Source: an uncultured Chloroflexia bacterium
Lineage (GTDB): Bacteria > Chloroflexota > Limnocylindria > Limnocylindrales > CSP1-4
DNA: 64,000 nucleotides
Direction of reading: 5' to 3'
Assembly (NCBI GenBank): GCA_963752475.1
Contig: CAVVYR010000007.1
Location: 608,570 to 672,569, forward strand
Of the stretch, positions 33,056-42,750 are shown piece by piece (positions within the stretch are counted from its first letter, which is position 1; each line of letters starts with the position of its first letter). The notes beneath the pieces were generated by a model, which was given only the letters and a program-made list of their open reading frames with translations, ran no database searches and was not told where the DNA came from. Made by a program: the position numbers and the translations under genes.

Positions 33056-34315
33056 TCAGCGGCGGTACTTGCGTACGAAGGCGTCGGTGAGTCCACTCGC
33101 CGTCTGCTGCGGCAGCCTCCCGGTCGTCGTGCCCACGACGATGACGTTGCGGCGATGATCGACGGCGACCGAGAAGGCGACCTCGCCCGACCGCTGAGCA
33201 CCGAATCGACGCATCCAGACCGGCCGTCCGTCCGCTCGGTACTTGCGGACCACGGCATCCTCTTCCCCGTTGAAGGGCCGGACTGATCCAGTGACGTAGA
33301 CGCCGCCGTACTTGTCGGTGGCCAGACCCATGAAGAGATCGTCACCAGCGGTCCCGAATTGCTGAGTCCAGCCGAGCCCGCCCTTGCGTCCGTACGTCCG
33401 TACGAACGCGTCCGCGCCGATCTTCTCGGTCGCTCCGAGCGTGCCGTGGGTTTCGCCGGCGACGATGACACGGCCCCGGCGGCCGAAAGCCACGTCCAGG
33501 GCCACGTCCAGTGAAGCAGTCCCGAACTGCCGAGTCCAGCCGAGGCCACCTCGCGCTCCGTAGGTGCGGACGAACGCATCGTCCTGACCCTGGGCCGTGC
33601 TGCCCGGGAACGCACCGTAGGTGTAGCCCGACAGGGCGATCCGACCGCGTCCGTCGACGGCGACCGAGGTGACCGCGTCGATCGCCTCCGTCCCGAACTG
33701 CCGGACCCAGCTTCGCCCGCCCCTCGGACCGAACGTGTACACGAACGCATCGGCGTGGCCGATCAAGGGCGTGTTGCCGATCGCGCCAGTGGTCGCCCCT
33801 CCGACGACGATGATGCCCTTGGGGCTCACGGCGACGCCTCGGGCCCAATCCCCGTCGGCCGTCCCGAACTGCCGGTGCCACTGCAGGCGCCCGCTCGCCC
33901 CGTATCTGCGCACGAACGCATCGGTAGCGCCGAGATGCGGGGCGCCATCGATCGAACCGTCGGTGTGGCCGACGACGATGACGTCGCCAGTCCGGTCGAC
34001 AGCCACGTCCCAGGCTGTGTCGTACTCGTCGGAGCCGAATTGGCGTGACCACACGAGGCGGCCGTTGGGTCGGTACTTGCGCACGAAGGCGTCGGCGTGA
34101 CCCCCGAACTCGAGACCGTCGAGCGAGCCCTGCGTCTCTCCTACCACGATGATGTTGCCGACGCGATCGACCGCGACGCCCTGGGCCTGGTCGTCGTACG
34201 CGGTCCCGAACTGCTGCGTCCAGGCGTGGCTCGGTGCCGCCGCCGCAGCTGGCGCCAGTGCCAGCACGAGACCTAGTGCCACCACCAGGCTGCTGATGAT
34301 CGGACGGACGCGCAT
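33056..34315 (-). CDS. Secreted seven-bladed beta-propeller (SBBP-repeat) protein
   Basis: Signal peptide, then seven repeats of W..QFGT...D.A..VAVD..G...V.G.T....DAFVRKY. Confidence 0.85.
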   Translation of the reverse strand: MRVRPIISSLVVALGLVLALAPAAAAAPSHAWTQQFGTAYDDQAQGVAVDRVGNIIVVGETQGSLDGLEFGGHADAFVRKYRPNGRLVWSRQFGSDEYDTAWDVAVDRTGDVIVVGHTDGSIDGAPHLGATDAFVRRYGASGRLQWHRQFGTADGDWARGVAVSPKGIIVVGGATTGAIGNTPLIGHADAFVYTFGPRGGRSWVRQFGTEAIDAVTSVAVDGRGRIALSGYTYGAFPGSTAQGQDDAFVRTYGARGGLGWTRQFGTASLDVALDVAFGRRGRVIVAGETHGTLGATEKIGADAFVRTYGRKGGLGWTQQFGTAGDDLFMGLATDKYGGVYVTGSVRPFNGEEDAVVRKYRADGRPVWMRRFGAQRSGEVAFSVAVDHRRNVIVVGTTTGRLPQQTASGLTDAFVRKYRR

Positions 34316-34489
34316 GACACTCCCCCTGCGGGATTCGCGCACGCGCCAGCGCCGCGGATCCCGCGCGCTATGCCTCGGTCCCCTATCGGTCGGGGCCGCC
34401 GCCCGATATCGTGCGCCGCGGGCTTCGGCCGGTCAAGAGCGGGACGGCGCTACGGGCCGTCCTCATCGAGCCTTCCCGGTAGCTCCGCG

Positions 34490-35785
34490 CTAGCCGGCAC
34501 GGCGCCCCACGAAGCGGCGCTTCTTGCCCATGGCCACCCACCAGTAGCGCTCGCCGATGAGCGCCGGCGGAGCGGCAGCCGGGTCGGTCAACTGCTGGCC
34601 GTTGATGCGGAAGCCACCCTGGCCGATGAGCCGTCGAGCCTCGCCCTTCGACTGTCCGCCTGCGGCCACGGCCACATCGAGCGCGGTCCAGCCCTCCGCT
34701 TCCGAGCCGAACTCGAAGCCACCGACCGCGTCGTAGAGCACGGCCAGGACCGCTGGGTCGTCGACCTCGCGGGCGAATGCGGCCGAAGCCACGACGACCT
34801 GTCGCTCGGCCTCGTCCGCGCCGTGGATACGCGCGGTGAGGTCGTAGGCGATGGCCTTCTGGGCGAGCCGCTGCTCAGGCGCCGCGGTATGGGCCTCGGC
34901 GATGCCTTCGACCTCCTCACGTGACATCGTGGTCAGCCAGCGCAGGTGGTCGAGCACGACCTCGTCATCGTCGTTGATCCAGTACTGGTAGAAGTCGTAC
35001 GGCGTCGTCAGCGAGCCATCGAGGAAGACGGCGCCCTTCTCGGACTTGCCCATCTTCACCCCGGCGCGGTTGAGCAGCAGTGGGCTGCAGAGCCCGAACG
35101 CGGTCGGCTCGTGGCCGTCGCTGACCTCGCCCTCCGCCTCTGCCTCGCGGCTCTCGACGCGACGGATGAGCTCCAGGCCGGCGGTGATGTTGCCCCACTG
35201 GTCGGCGCCGCCCATCTGCATGTCCACGCTCTCGTGCTGGTGGAGGTGCAGGAAATCGGCCGCCTGCAGCGTCTGGTAGCTGAACTCGGTGAAGCTCATG
35301 CCTGCGGCCAGTCGGGCCTGCACCGAGTCCTTCGAGAGCATGTAGGGCACCGTGAAGTACTTCCCGATGTCCCGCAGGTAGTCGATCATCGACATCTTCC
35401 CGAGCCAGTCGAGGTTGTTGAGCATCTTCGGCTGCGTGGGGCCGGGAGAGAAGTCGAGGAAACGCTCCAGCTGTGACTTGAGCGCGGCCGAGTTGTGCGC
35501 GATGGCCTCTGCATCGAGCAGCACTCGCTCCGACGACTTGCCCGAAGGGTCGCCGATCATGCCCGTGCCACCGCCGATGAGCACCACCGGCCGTCCACCG
35601 GCGCGCTGGAGGTGCGTCAGCAGGAAGACCTGCAGCAGATGGCCGACGTGCAGCGAGGTGGCGCTGGCATCGAAGCCGATGTAGGCGCTGATGGGGCCGG
35701 CTTCGAGGCGCTGCTCGAGGCCTTCGGACTTGAGGTGGACGAGCCCGCGCCAGCCGAGCTCGTCGAGGAGAGCGGAGCTGTTCAT
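34490..35785 (-). CDS. tyrS: Tyrosine--tRNA ligase
   Basis: [35 protein letters not shown]-terminal S4-like domain. Confidence 0.97.
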   Translation of the reverse strand: MNSSALLDELGWRGLVHLKSEGLEQRLEAGPISAYIGFDASATSLHVGHLLQVFLLTHLQRAGGRPVVLIGGGTGMIGDPSGKSSERVLLDAEAIAHNSAALKSQLERFLDFSPGPTQPKMLNNLDWLGKMSMIDYLRDIGKYFTVPYMLSKDSVQARLAAGMSFTEFSYQTLQAADFLHLHQHESVDMQMGGADQWGNITAGLELIRRVESREAEAEGEVSDGHEPTAFGLCSPLLLNRAGVKMGKSEKGAVFLDGSLTTPYDFYQYWINDDDEVVLDHLRWLTTMSREEVEGIAEAHTAAPEQRLAQKAIAYDLTARIHGADEAERQVVVASAAFAREVDDPAVLAVLYDAVGGFEFGSEAEGWTALDVAVAAGGQSKGEARRLIGQGGFRINGQQLTDPAAAPPALIGERYWWVAMGKKRRFVGRRAG

Positions 35786-35823
35786 GCCGCCCGGCCGGAC
35801 AGCGGATAAGTCTGTGTGTGCAT
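35782..35823 (-). CDS. Putative leaderless leader peptide [13 protein letters not shown] upstream of tyrS
   Basis: TAGCAT -10 sits 6 nt before the ATG, and the TGA overlaps the tyrS ATG (ATGA). Confidence 0.45.
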   Translation of the reverse strand: MHTQTYPLSGRAA

Positions 35824-35916
35824 CCCTTCATGCTAGCCACGGCTGAGCGTGAGCGTGCCGCGAACGACCGGATGAGCGCCCGACAGACGCGCGGACCGCT
35901 GCTAGGGTTGCCACGA

Positions 35917-38900
35917 ATGCCAGCGAATCGACCGCGGATGCGACCGAATCCGCCCTATCCTCCTACGCGGCCGTCCGGCCCACCTCCACGCCGACCAGCG
36001 AGCCGCCGGCGTGGCGGGCGCAAGGCCGGGATCCTCCGCGGCATGGTCATCCTCGTCTTCGGCCTCTTCACCATCGCGGCCATGACCGGCTTCGCCGGCG
36101 TCGTCGGCGCAGCCTTCATCTACGGCCAGGATCTCAAGCACCCCAGCGCGCTCGAGGAGATCACCTTCCCCGAGGACACGATCATCTATGACCGCCACGG
36201 CAGCATCCTGGCCCGCCTGTCTCCCGGTGGTGAGAGCCGTAGGACCATCACCTGGAACCAGGTGCCACCGCACCTCGCGGACGCGGTCACGGCGGTCGAG
36301 GACAAGACGTTCTGGGCCAACACCGGCATCGACCCCATCGGCATCATCTCGTCGGCCATCGACACGCTCACCGGCGATCCGCGCGGCGGCTCGACCATCA
36401 CCCAGCAGCTCGTCCGCCAGAAGCTGCTGCCGGATGACGTCACCGGTGACTCCTCGCGCCTGGGCGACCGCAAGATCAAGGAGATCCTGCAGTCGATCCG
36501 CGTGACCGACCACTACCCTGGCGAGGAAGGCAAGCAGGACATCCTCACGGCCTATCTCAACCAGAACTTCTACGGCAACAACAGCTATGGCGTCTCGGCC
36601 GCGGCGCGGACCTATTTCAAGACCCACAACCTCGGTGAGCTGAGCCTCGCGCAGGCAGCCACGCTCGCGGCCATCCCGCAGGCGCCATCCACATACGACC
36701 TCGTCCGCAACGCGGTCAGGAACGATCAAGGCCAGTGGGAGGTGCCCGAGGACTCCGCCATCTACCAGCGTCGCAACCTCGTGCTCCAGCTGCTCGCGGA
36801 TGATCCCAGCCGTCGCGTGCTCAGCGGTGACACCTACTCCACGCAGGACTACCTCGAGGCCATGGACGAGCCGCTCATCGTCCAGGAGCAGAACGCGGTC
36901 GCGTGGAAGGCGCCGCACTTCATCTGGTTCGTCATCGAGGAGATGAACGAGATGCTTTGCGGCGAGGCGGAGACCTGCGACAAGATCAGCCAGGGCGGCC
37001 TGCGGGTGACGACCACACTGGACCTGCGCGTCCACAACAAGGCCGAGAAGTGGGTCGAGGCCGCGGCGCTGGTGCCGCATCGGGGGAATCCCTCGAACGC
37101 GGCCAAGAACCTGGGTGTGCCCTACACCAGCTGGATGCAGAAGCTGCGCAACCAGAACGTGTGGAACGCGGCGCTCTCGGCCATCGACTACCAGACGGGC
37201 GAGATCATCGCCTATGTCGGCTCGGCCAACTACTACGAGCGCAACAAGGTCAGCAAGAAGATGCAGCCGCAGTACGACGTGCTCAGCCAGGGCTGGCGTC
37301 AGTCGGGCAGCACCTTCAAGCCATTCACCTACGCCACGGGCATCAACGACCGCTCGCTGACCGCGGCCACGATGTTCATGGACGTGACCACCGACTTCGG
37401 CGGCTACACCCCAACCGACTTCACCGCCTACGAGCGCGGCCCGCTGCGCCTGCGCGATGCGCTCCAGCTCTCGCTGAACGTCCCGGCCGTGAAGGCGCTC
37501 GACACCGTCGGCCAGAAGAAGGTCTTCAACAAGGCCCAGGCCTTCGGCATGGACTTCCAGCAGAAGTCCTCGCCGGGCCTGTCGATGGCCCTGGGCACGT
37601 TGGAGGTCCACCCGCTCGATCTCAACCAGGCCTACGCGACGCTGGCCAACGGTGGCCGCAACGTGGGCCACACCTCGATCCTGGAGATCACCAGCAAGAA
37701 CCCTGACAACCCCGTCGAGTACGAGTACAAGACACCCAAGGGCAAGCAGGCCATCAGTGAGCAGGCGGCCTCTGTCATGACCGACATCCTCAAGGGCAAC
37801 ACCGATCCTGCCGAGAACGGTGTCTGGTCGGACTACGCACAGATCACCGCCCGGAACGGGCAGCGCCGCCCCGCCGCGCTCAAGACCGGAACCTCCAACG
37901 ACGCCAAGGACCTCAATGCGTACGGATACATCGCACCGCCCACCAGCCAGGGGCGCAAGAACGGCGAGTACGCGCTGTCGGTCGGCGTGTGGGCCGGCAA
38001 CAGCAACGGCAGCCCCGTGACCACGGTCTCGAACCCGGTCTTCTCACTGGACGTGGCCGCGCCGCTGTGGGACAGCTTCCTGACGGACGTGAGCAAGAGC
38101 TGGGAGGTGCGCGACTTCAAGCTGCCCGATGGCCTCACGCGCTACAGCGTCGATGCCTGGACCGGACACGTCCCGTCGCCGTACTCGCGTCGCCAGTACA
38201 GCGAGCTCTTCGTCGGCGGCACCGCGCCCACGACCGACCCATACCTCAGGTCCGTGAGGGTCATCAAGGGCAGCGACGGCGCCTGGTACCGCTGGAACGA
38301 CGCCTGCGAGGGCACCCCCCGGGCGCGTGGCTACCTCGTGCTCGACGACGCCGAGTCACAGAAGGGCAGCTGGAACGACGCCATCGAGGGCTGGATCAAG
38401 CGCGCCCGTCGCGGGACCGGCCAGGGCGCCAACGTCTCCAGCACGAAGACGACGTACACGGCCTACTTCTACGCGCCGTACTACCAGCCCTACGGGGCAT
38501 CCTGGGGCGGCCCCATACCGCCGAACAAGTCGTGCCAGAACAACCAGCGTCTCTTCCCCGGTGAGGAGCCCAGCGAGGAGCCGACGCCCGAGCCCACACC
38601 AGAGGTCTCGGTCGAGCCACAGGTGACGCCCGAGGTCACGCCCGAGTCACCGACCGCGCCTCCGCAGCCGACCCCGGAGCCCACCGAACAGCCGACGCAG
38701 AAGCCGCAGCCCACGCCGGAACCCACGGCCAAGCCCACGCCGAAGCCGACGCCCGCACCGACGCCCGAACCGACCCCGAAACCGACGCCAAAGCCGACCC
38801 CGAAACCGACGCCCGAACCGACCCCCAAGCCACAGCCCACGCCCGAGCCGACCCCGGAACCGCCGGCCCAGCAGCCAGCGACGCAGGAGTCGTCCGCGGA

Positions 38901-38994
38901 GGGGCAGCCGGCAGAGCAGCAGCCGGCCCAGGAGCCGACTGCTGAGGAGCAACCAGCCGAGCAGCAGTCGGCCCAGGAGCAACCGGCCGAGTAG
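35917..38994 (+). CDS. Class A penicillin-binding protein (transglycosylase-transpeptidase)
   Basis: TM anchor, [26 protein letters not shown]; transpeptidase STFK, SLN and KTGT; Pro/Thr-rich tail. Confidence 0.94.
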   Translation: MPANRPRMRPNPPYPPTRPSGPPPRRPASRRRGGRKAGILRGMVILVFGLFTIAAMTGFAGVVGAAFIYGQDLKHPSALEEITFPEDTIIYDRHGSILARLSPGGESRRTITWNQVPPHLADAVTAVEDKTFWANTGIDPIGIISSAIDTLTGDPRGGSTITQQLVRQKLLPDDVTGDSSRLGDRKIKEILQSIRVTDHYPGEEGKQDILTAYLNQNFYGNNSYGVSAAARTYFKTHNLGELSLAQAATLAAIPQAPSTYDLVRNAVRNDQGQWEVPEDSAIYQRRNLVLQLLADDPSRRVLSGDTYSTQDYLEAMDEPLIVQEQNAVAWKAPHFIWFVIEEMNEMLCGEAETCDKISQGGLRVTTTLDLRVHNKAEKWVEAAALVPHRGNPSNAAKNLGVPYTSWMQKLRNQNVWNAALSAIDYQTGEIIAYVGSANYYERNKVSKKMQPQYDVLSQGWRQSGSTFKPFTYATGINDRSLTAATMFMDVTTDFGGYTPTDFTAYERGPLRLRDALQLSLNVPAVKALDTVGQKKVFNKAQAFGMDFQQKSSPGLSMALGTLEVHPLDLNQAYATLANGGRNVGHTSILEITSKNPDNPVEYEYKTPKGKQAISEQAASVMTDILKGNTDPAENGVWSDYAQITARNGQRRPAALKTGTSNDAKDLNAYGYIAPPTSQGRKNGEYALSVGVWAGNSNGSPVTTVSNPVFSLDVAAPLWDSFLTDVSKSWEVRDFKLPDGLTRYSVDAWTGHVPSPYSRRQYSELFVGGTAPTTDPYLRSVRVIKGSDGAWYRWNDACEGTPRARGYLVLDDAESQKGSWNDAIEGWIKRARRGTGQGANVSSTKTTYTAYFYAPYYQPYGASWGGPIPPNKSCQNNQRLFPGEEPSEEPTPEPTPEVSVEPQVTPEVTPESPTAPPQPTPEPTEQPTQKPQPTPEPTAKPTPKPTPAPTPEPTPKPTPKPTPKPTPEPTPKPQPTPEPTPEPPAQQPATQESSAEGQPAEQQPAQEPTAEEQPAEQQSAQEQPAE
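38562..38991 (+). repeat. Low-complexity coding repeats (PTPE/PTPK then PAEQQ) in the PBP tail
   Basis: Imperfect 12-nt units such as ccgacgcccgaa and cccacgccgaag encode more than 15 PT(P)x repeats. Confidence 0.85.
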
Positions 38995-39077
38995 CGAGGT
39001 GTCAGACCCAAGCTGACCGGCTTCCGCGTGGACGCGACGATCTCGACTCGCAGGCTGTTCAGGCCAGGGCGCTGTGG

Positions 39078-41483
39078 CTAGAGCGAGACGACGGTCGCGC
39101 CGTCGCCGCCCTCCCCTTGCTCGCCGGGGCGCCACTCGCGAACGACCGGATGCCCGCTGAGGGTTTCGCGTACCGCGTTGCGCATCGCCCCCGAGCCGTG
39201 ACCGTGGACGACGGTCACGCGGCTGGTGCCGGCGTGCACGGCGTCATCGAGGTACTGGTCGAGCAGCACGAGAGCCTCTTCCACGCGTGCGCCTCGTAGA
39301 TCGAGGCTCGAGGCCACCGCCCGTGCTCGCCGTGCGCTGGCGGCGCTGGCCTTGGCCTTGGCCGCACCGGTAGCGAAGCTCGTCGTCGGGGACTCACCGA
39401 AGTCACCGCGTCGCCCGCTCTTGGGTCGGGCAGTGGGACCGCCCGCGCCACCACCGCCGCCGCCTGCGCCAGCCTGGAGCTCATCGAGCTTGACGTCGAC
39501 GCGAAGCCCGTTCACGTCCAGCGTCGCTCGGCCCTTGCCCTCGTCGAGGCTGGCGATGGTGCCGCTCCAGCCGGACGTCGCCGTGGCACGATCACCGACC
39601 TTCCAGGTCGGCTTGGTCCCCGCCGGCTCAGCAGCGTCATCCCCACCGGGCATGACGCCGAGGCGGGCATCGATGCGGGCCATGGCCTGGTCGAGGCGCT
39701 CCTCGGTGAGGGTCTCGCGTGACAGTGAGCCGCGCATCTCGGCGATCTCGGCCTCGATGGCGGCCAGCGCCACCTCTGCCTGGCGGCGGGCTTCCTCGGC
39801 CGCGACGCGCCGCTCGGCGCGGGCTCGACGTCGCTCCTCCTCGGCCTCGGCCAGGGCCACGCGCATCTTCTGCTCGGCATCGGCTGCTCGCGCCTCAGCC
39901 GCGGCCATGTCGACCTGCGACTCGCGGATGGAGGCCAGTGTGGTCTCGAACTCCTGCTGCGCCTCCGAGAGCCGGGAGCGCGCGTCATCGACGAGCGCCT
40001 GCGGCAACCCCAGTCGCTCCGCGATGGCGAAGGCCTGGCTGGTGCCGGGCAGGCCGATCGAGAGATGGTAGGTGGGCCGCAAGGTGGCCAGGTCGAAGTC
40101 GACCGAGGCATTGCGCGCCCGTTCCTCGTTGTGAGCGTAGGTCTTGATCTCGGCGTAGTGGGTGGTCGCCACCACCAGCGAGCCGGTGCGGATGAAGTGG
40201 TCCAGCAGCGACTGTGCCAGGGCCGAGCCCTCGGTCGGATCGGTGCCGGCGCCGAGCTCGTCGAGCAGCACGAGCGTGCCCTCATCGGCCGCATCCACGA
40301 TGCGCGTGATCGTGCGCAGGTGGCCGCTGAAGGTCGAGAGCGACTGGGCCACCGACTGCTCGTCGCCGATGTCGGCGAGGACGTCGTCGAAGATGGGCAT
40401 GATGCTGCCCGGAGCGCACGGCAGGTGCATGCCCGCCTGGAGCATCAGCGCCAGCAGCCCCACCGTCCGCAACGCCACGGTCTTGCCGCCGGTGTTGGGA
40501 CCGGTGATGACGAGCGCGGTGTACTCGTCGCCGAGGTGGACGTCGATGGGCACGACCTCGCCCTCGAGGCCGGGGTGACGGGCCGAGAGCAGCGAGACGC
40601 GCTGCCGCGATGCGAGCGTCGGCCGGACCGCGTCGAGCTCCTCCGCGAGGCGCGCCCGGCACATCCACAGGTCGAAGCGGGCCAGCGCATCGAGGTCGGC
40701 TTCGAGGGCCTCGGCATCGGCAGCCACGTTGGCCGAGAGCTCGTCGAGGACGCGTTCCTCTTCAGCCTGGGCAGCCAGCTCCGCCTCGCGCCAGGCGTTG
40801 GACATCTCGACCGCGATGAAGGGCTCGACGAAGATGGTCTGGCCGCTACCGGATTGATCGTGGACGATGCCTTTCACGCGGCTCCGGGCGTCGGCCTTGA
40901 CGGGCACCACGTAGCGCCCGTTGCGCAGGGTGATGATGGGTTCCTGCAGGGCACTCGCGATCTCCGAGTGGACCAGCGACTCAAGGCGGTTGCGCAACCG
41001 CTCGTGCGCCACGCGCACCGCCCGGCGCAGGCCGCCGAGCATGGGAGAGGCGGTGTCGAGCACCTCGCCGGCCGGGTCGACGCTGGCCTCAAGGCGGCTG
41101 CGCAGCGCGGGCAGCGGGTCGATCGAGCGATACAGGGCGTGCAGCAGCGGTCGGTCCAGCTCACGCAAGCCATCGACCAGGCGCCCAGCGGCGATGAGCG
41201 TCTCGACGATGGCCCACAGCTCGGCCGGGTCGAGTCGGCCACCGCGAGAGGCGCGCGTCAGCACCGGCGCGATGTCCCGGGCGCCACCGACACCGACCTG
41301 CGGATGCTCCTGCAGCAGCCAGCGGGCCTCGTCGGTCTCGTCGAGACGTCGCGTCACGATGATGGGGTCGGCCGCCGGCTCGATCGCCGCCGCCAGGCGA
41401 CGCGAGGGATCGAACGAGGCATAGGCCGCCAGCCGTTCGCGGATGAGCGGGAACTCGAGCAGCTCGGCGGAGCGCGTGTCCAT
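39078..41483 (-). CDS. mutS2: MutS2 (ATPase plus Smr domain)
   Basis: ITGPNTGGKT, DIGDEQS..QSLSTFSGH, LDELGAGTDP, TTHY, Smr LDLRG..VHGHGSG..GGDGAT. Confidence 0.96.
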   Translation of the reverse strand: MDTRSAELLEFPLIRERLAAYASFDPSRRLAAAIEPAADPIIVTRRLDETDEARWLLQEHPQVGVGGARDIAPVLTRASRGGRLDPAELWAIVETLIAAGRLVDGLRELDRPLLHALYRSIDPLPALRSRLEASVDPAGEVLDTASPMLGGLRRAVRVAHERLRNRLESLVHSEIASALQEPIITLRNGRYVVPVKADARSRVKGIVHDQSGSGQTIFVEPFIAVEMSNAWREAELAAQAEEERVLDELSANVAADAEALEADLDALARFDLWMCRARLAEELDAVRPTLASRQRVSLLSARHPGLEGEVVPIDVHLGDEYTALVITGPNTGGKTVALRTVGLLALMLQAGMHLPCAPGSIMPIFDDVLADIGDEQSVAQSLSTFSGHLRTITRIVDAADEGTLVLLDELGAGTDPTEGSALAQSLLDHFIRTGSLVVATTHYAEIKTYAHNEERARNASVDFDLATLRPTYHLSIGLPGTSQAFAIAERLGLPQALVDDARSRLSEAQQEFETTLASIRESQVDMAAAEARAADAEQKMRVALAEAEEERRRARAERRVAAEEARRQAEVALAAIEAEIAEMRGSLSRETLTEERLDQAMARIDARLGVMPGGDDAAEPAGTKPTWKVGDRATATSGWSGTIASLDEGKGRATLDVNGLRVDVKLDELQAGAGGGGGGAGGPTARPKSGRRGDFGESPTTSFATGAAKAKASAASARRARAVASSLDLRGARVEEALVLLDQYLDDAVHAGTSRVTVVHGHGSGAMRNAVRETLSGHPVVREWRPGEQGEGGDGATVVSL

Positions 41484-42163
41484 CAGCCGGCCCCTGGGAA
41501 CGGCCGGCTCAGCGCGGGGCTACCCGCCACGCCGAAGCGCCACGGGCGTGCGGCCCACTCTGGACCCGCGTACTCGACCCCGATGCGTGGGCCAACGGTG
41601 ATCTCGTCGTCGGCCACGGGCGCTGGTGCAGCCGCCAGCCACAGCCGACCCGGGGCGAGCAGGTCGTCGCCGCTGAAGGAGCGGTCGACGTCGAGCGCCT
41701 GGCAGGCGCGCGCCGGGCCGGCTGCCATCCGCTCGCCGGTCCCGGCCGTGGGGCCACGGCGCTGCCGCATCAGCTCCAGGCCCTCGACCGGCTCGAAGGC
41801 GCGGATGAGGACGGCACTGGCCTCGCCCTCAGCCGCACAGACGATGTTGAGGCAGTGGTGCATGCCGTAGACGAGGTAGACGTAGGCCCGTCCGGGCTGT
41901 CCGAACATGGCCGCGGTGCGCGACGTGCGCCCGGCCCGAGCATGGCTGGCCTTGTCGTCGGGGCCGGCGTAGGCCTCGGTCTCGACGATGCGCCCGACCC
42001 GGCGGCAGTCGTTATCATCCCGCACGATCAGCGTGCCCAGCAGCGCTCGTGCCGCGCTCACGACGTGCGCGGACACCAGGTCGGCCGCGATCGGCTGGAG
42101 GTCTGTGGATCGGAGGGTCTGCTCGGAGGTGGCGTCGCCGGCGGGATGCACGGCCGGGGTCAT
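41483..42163 (-). CDS. DNA-3-methyladenine glycosylase (MPG/AAG family)
   Basis: GRIVETEAY, YVYLVYGMHHCLN, AVLIRA, GPARACQAL, RIGV, PWRF. Confidence 0.93.
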   Translation of the reverse strand: MTPAVHPAGDATSEQTLRSTDLQPIAADLVSAHVVSAARALLGTLIVRDDNDCRRVGRIVETEAYAGPDDKASHARAGRTSRTAAMFGQPGRAYVYLVYGMHHCLNIVCAAEGEASAVLIRAFEPVEGLELMRQRRGPTAGTGERMAAGPARACQALDVDRSFSGDDLLAPGRLWLAAAPAPVADDEITVGPRIGVEYAGPEWAARPWRFGVAGSPALSRPFPGAG

Positions 42164-42732
42164 GCGAAGACGTCGCGCACACTATCCGGCAGGATCGGCC
42201 CGAGGATGAACCCCACGATGGGTACGAGGTGCTCGTTGACGCCGCTGCCGATGTTGGAGAGCAGAAGGTTCTGATAGAGGTCGGCGGTCCATTGGGGTCC
42301 CCCGGTCGGATCGACCGTCGGTAGCCCGTCCCCGTAGTAGGTGGACAGGACGATGAGGATCCCGGCGATGCCGAGCACGGCCACGAAGACCGCGAAGAGT
42401 GCGCCGGTCAGGTCGTCGAGCACCTGGAAGCGCGTGACCCGCTGGTTGCTGCGCGTGACGATGAAGATGACCACGGGCGCTCCCAGCAAGAGGAAGACGT
42501 AGATGATGCCGAAGGCAGCCGCCTGACTGAAGGCCGGCGCGTACTGGTCCCACTGTCGTGCCAGGTACGTGCCCAGCTCGATCTGCAGATAGGCCCCGGT
42601 CAGGAACGCCAGGATCCAGGCGGCGAACAGCATGAGCGATCGCACCGCGCCCCAGAAGAACCCGACGACGAGCGTGGAGACGATGATGACGAGGAGAAAG
42701 ATATCGGTCGAGCCGATACTCAAGACAGGCAC
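42160..42732 (-). CDS. CvpA family membrane protein (start may be TTG at 42723)
   Basis: D...GFFWGAVRS and LDDLTGALF, four TM segments, usual pheT-cvpA-mutS2 context. Confidence 0.78.
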   Translation of the reverse strand: MPVLSIGSTDIFLLVIIVSTLVVGFFWGAVRSLMLFAAWILAFLTGAYLQIELGTYLARQWDQYAPAFSQAAAFGIIYVFLLLGAPVVIFIVTRSNQRVTRFQVLDDLTGALFAVFVAVLGIAGILIVLSTYYGDGLPTVDPTGGPQWTADLYQNLLLSNIGSGVNEHLVPIVGFILGPILPDSVRDVFA

Positions 42733-42750
42733 CTCATTGGTGCAACGCTA

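Noticed and set aside
33056-34315. Periodic gtcccgaactg-like repeats about every 170 nt
   Set aside because: Explained by the seven coding beta-propeller blades (QFGT motif).
38562-38991. Tandem repeats as a possible CRISPR array
   Set aside because: The repeats are in-frame, degenerate at wobble positions, lack unique spacers, and no cas genes are present.
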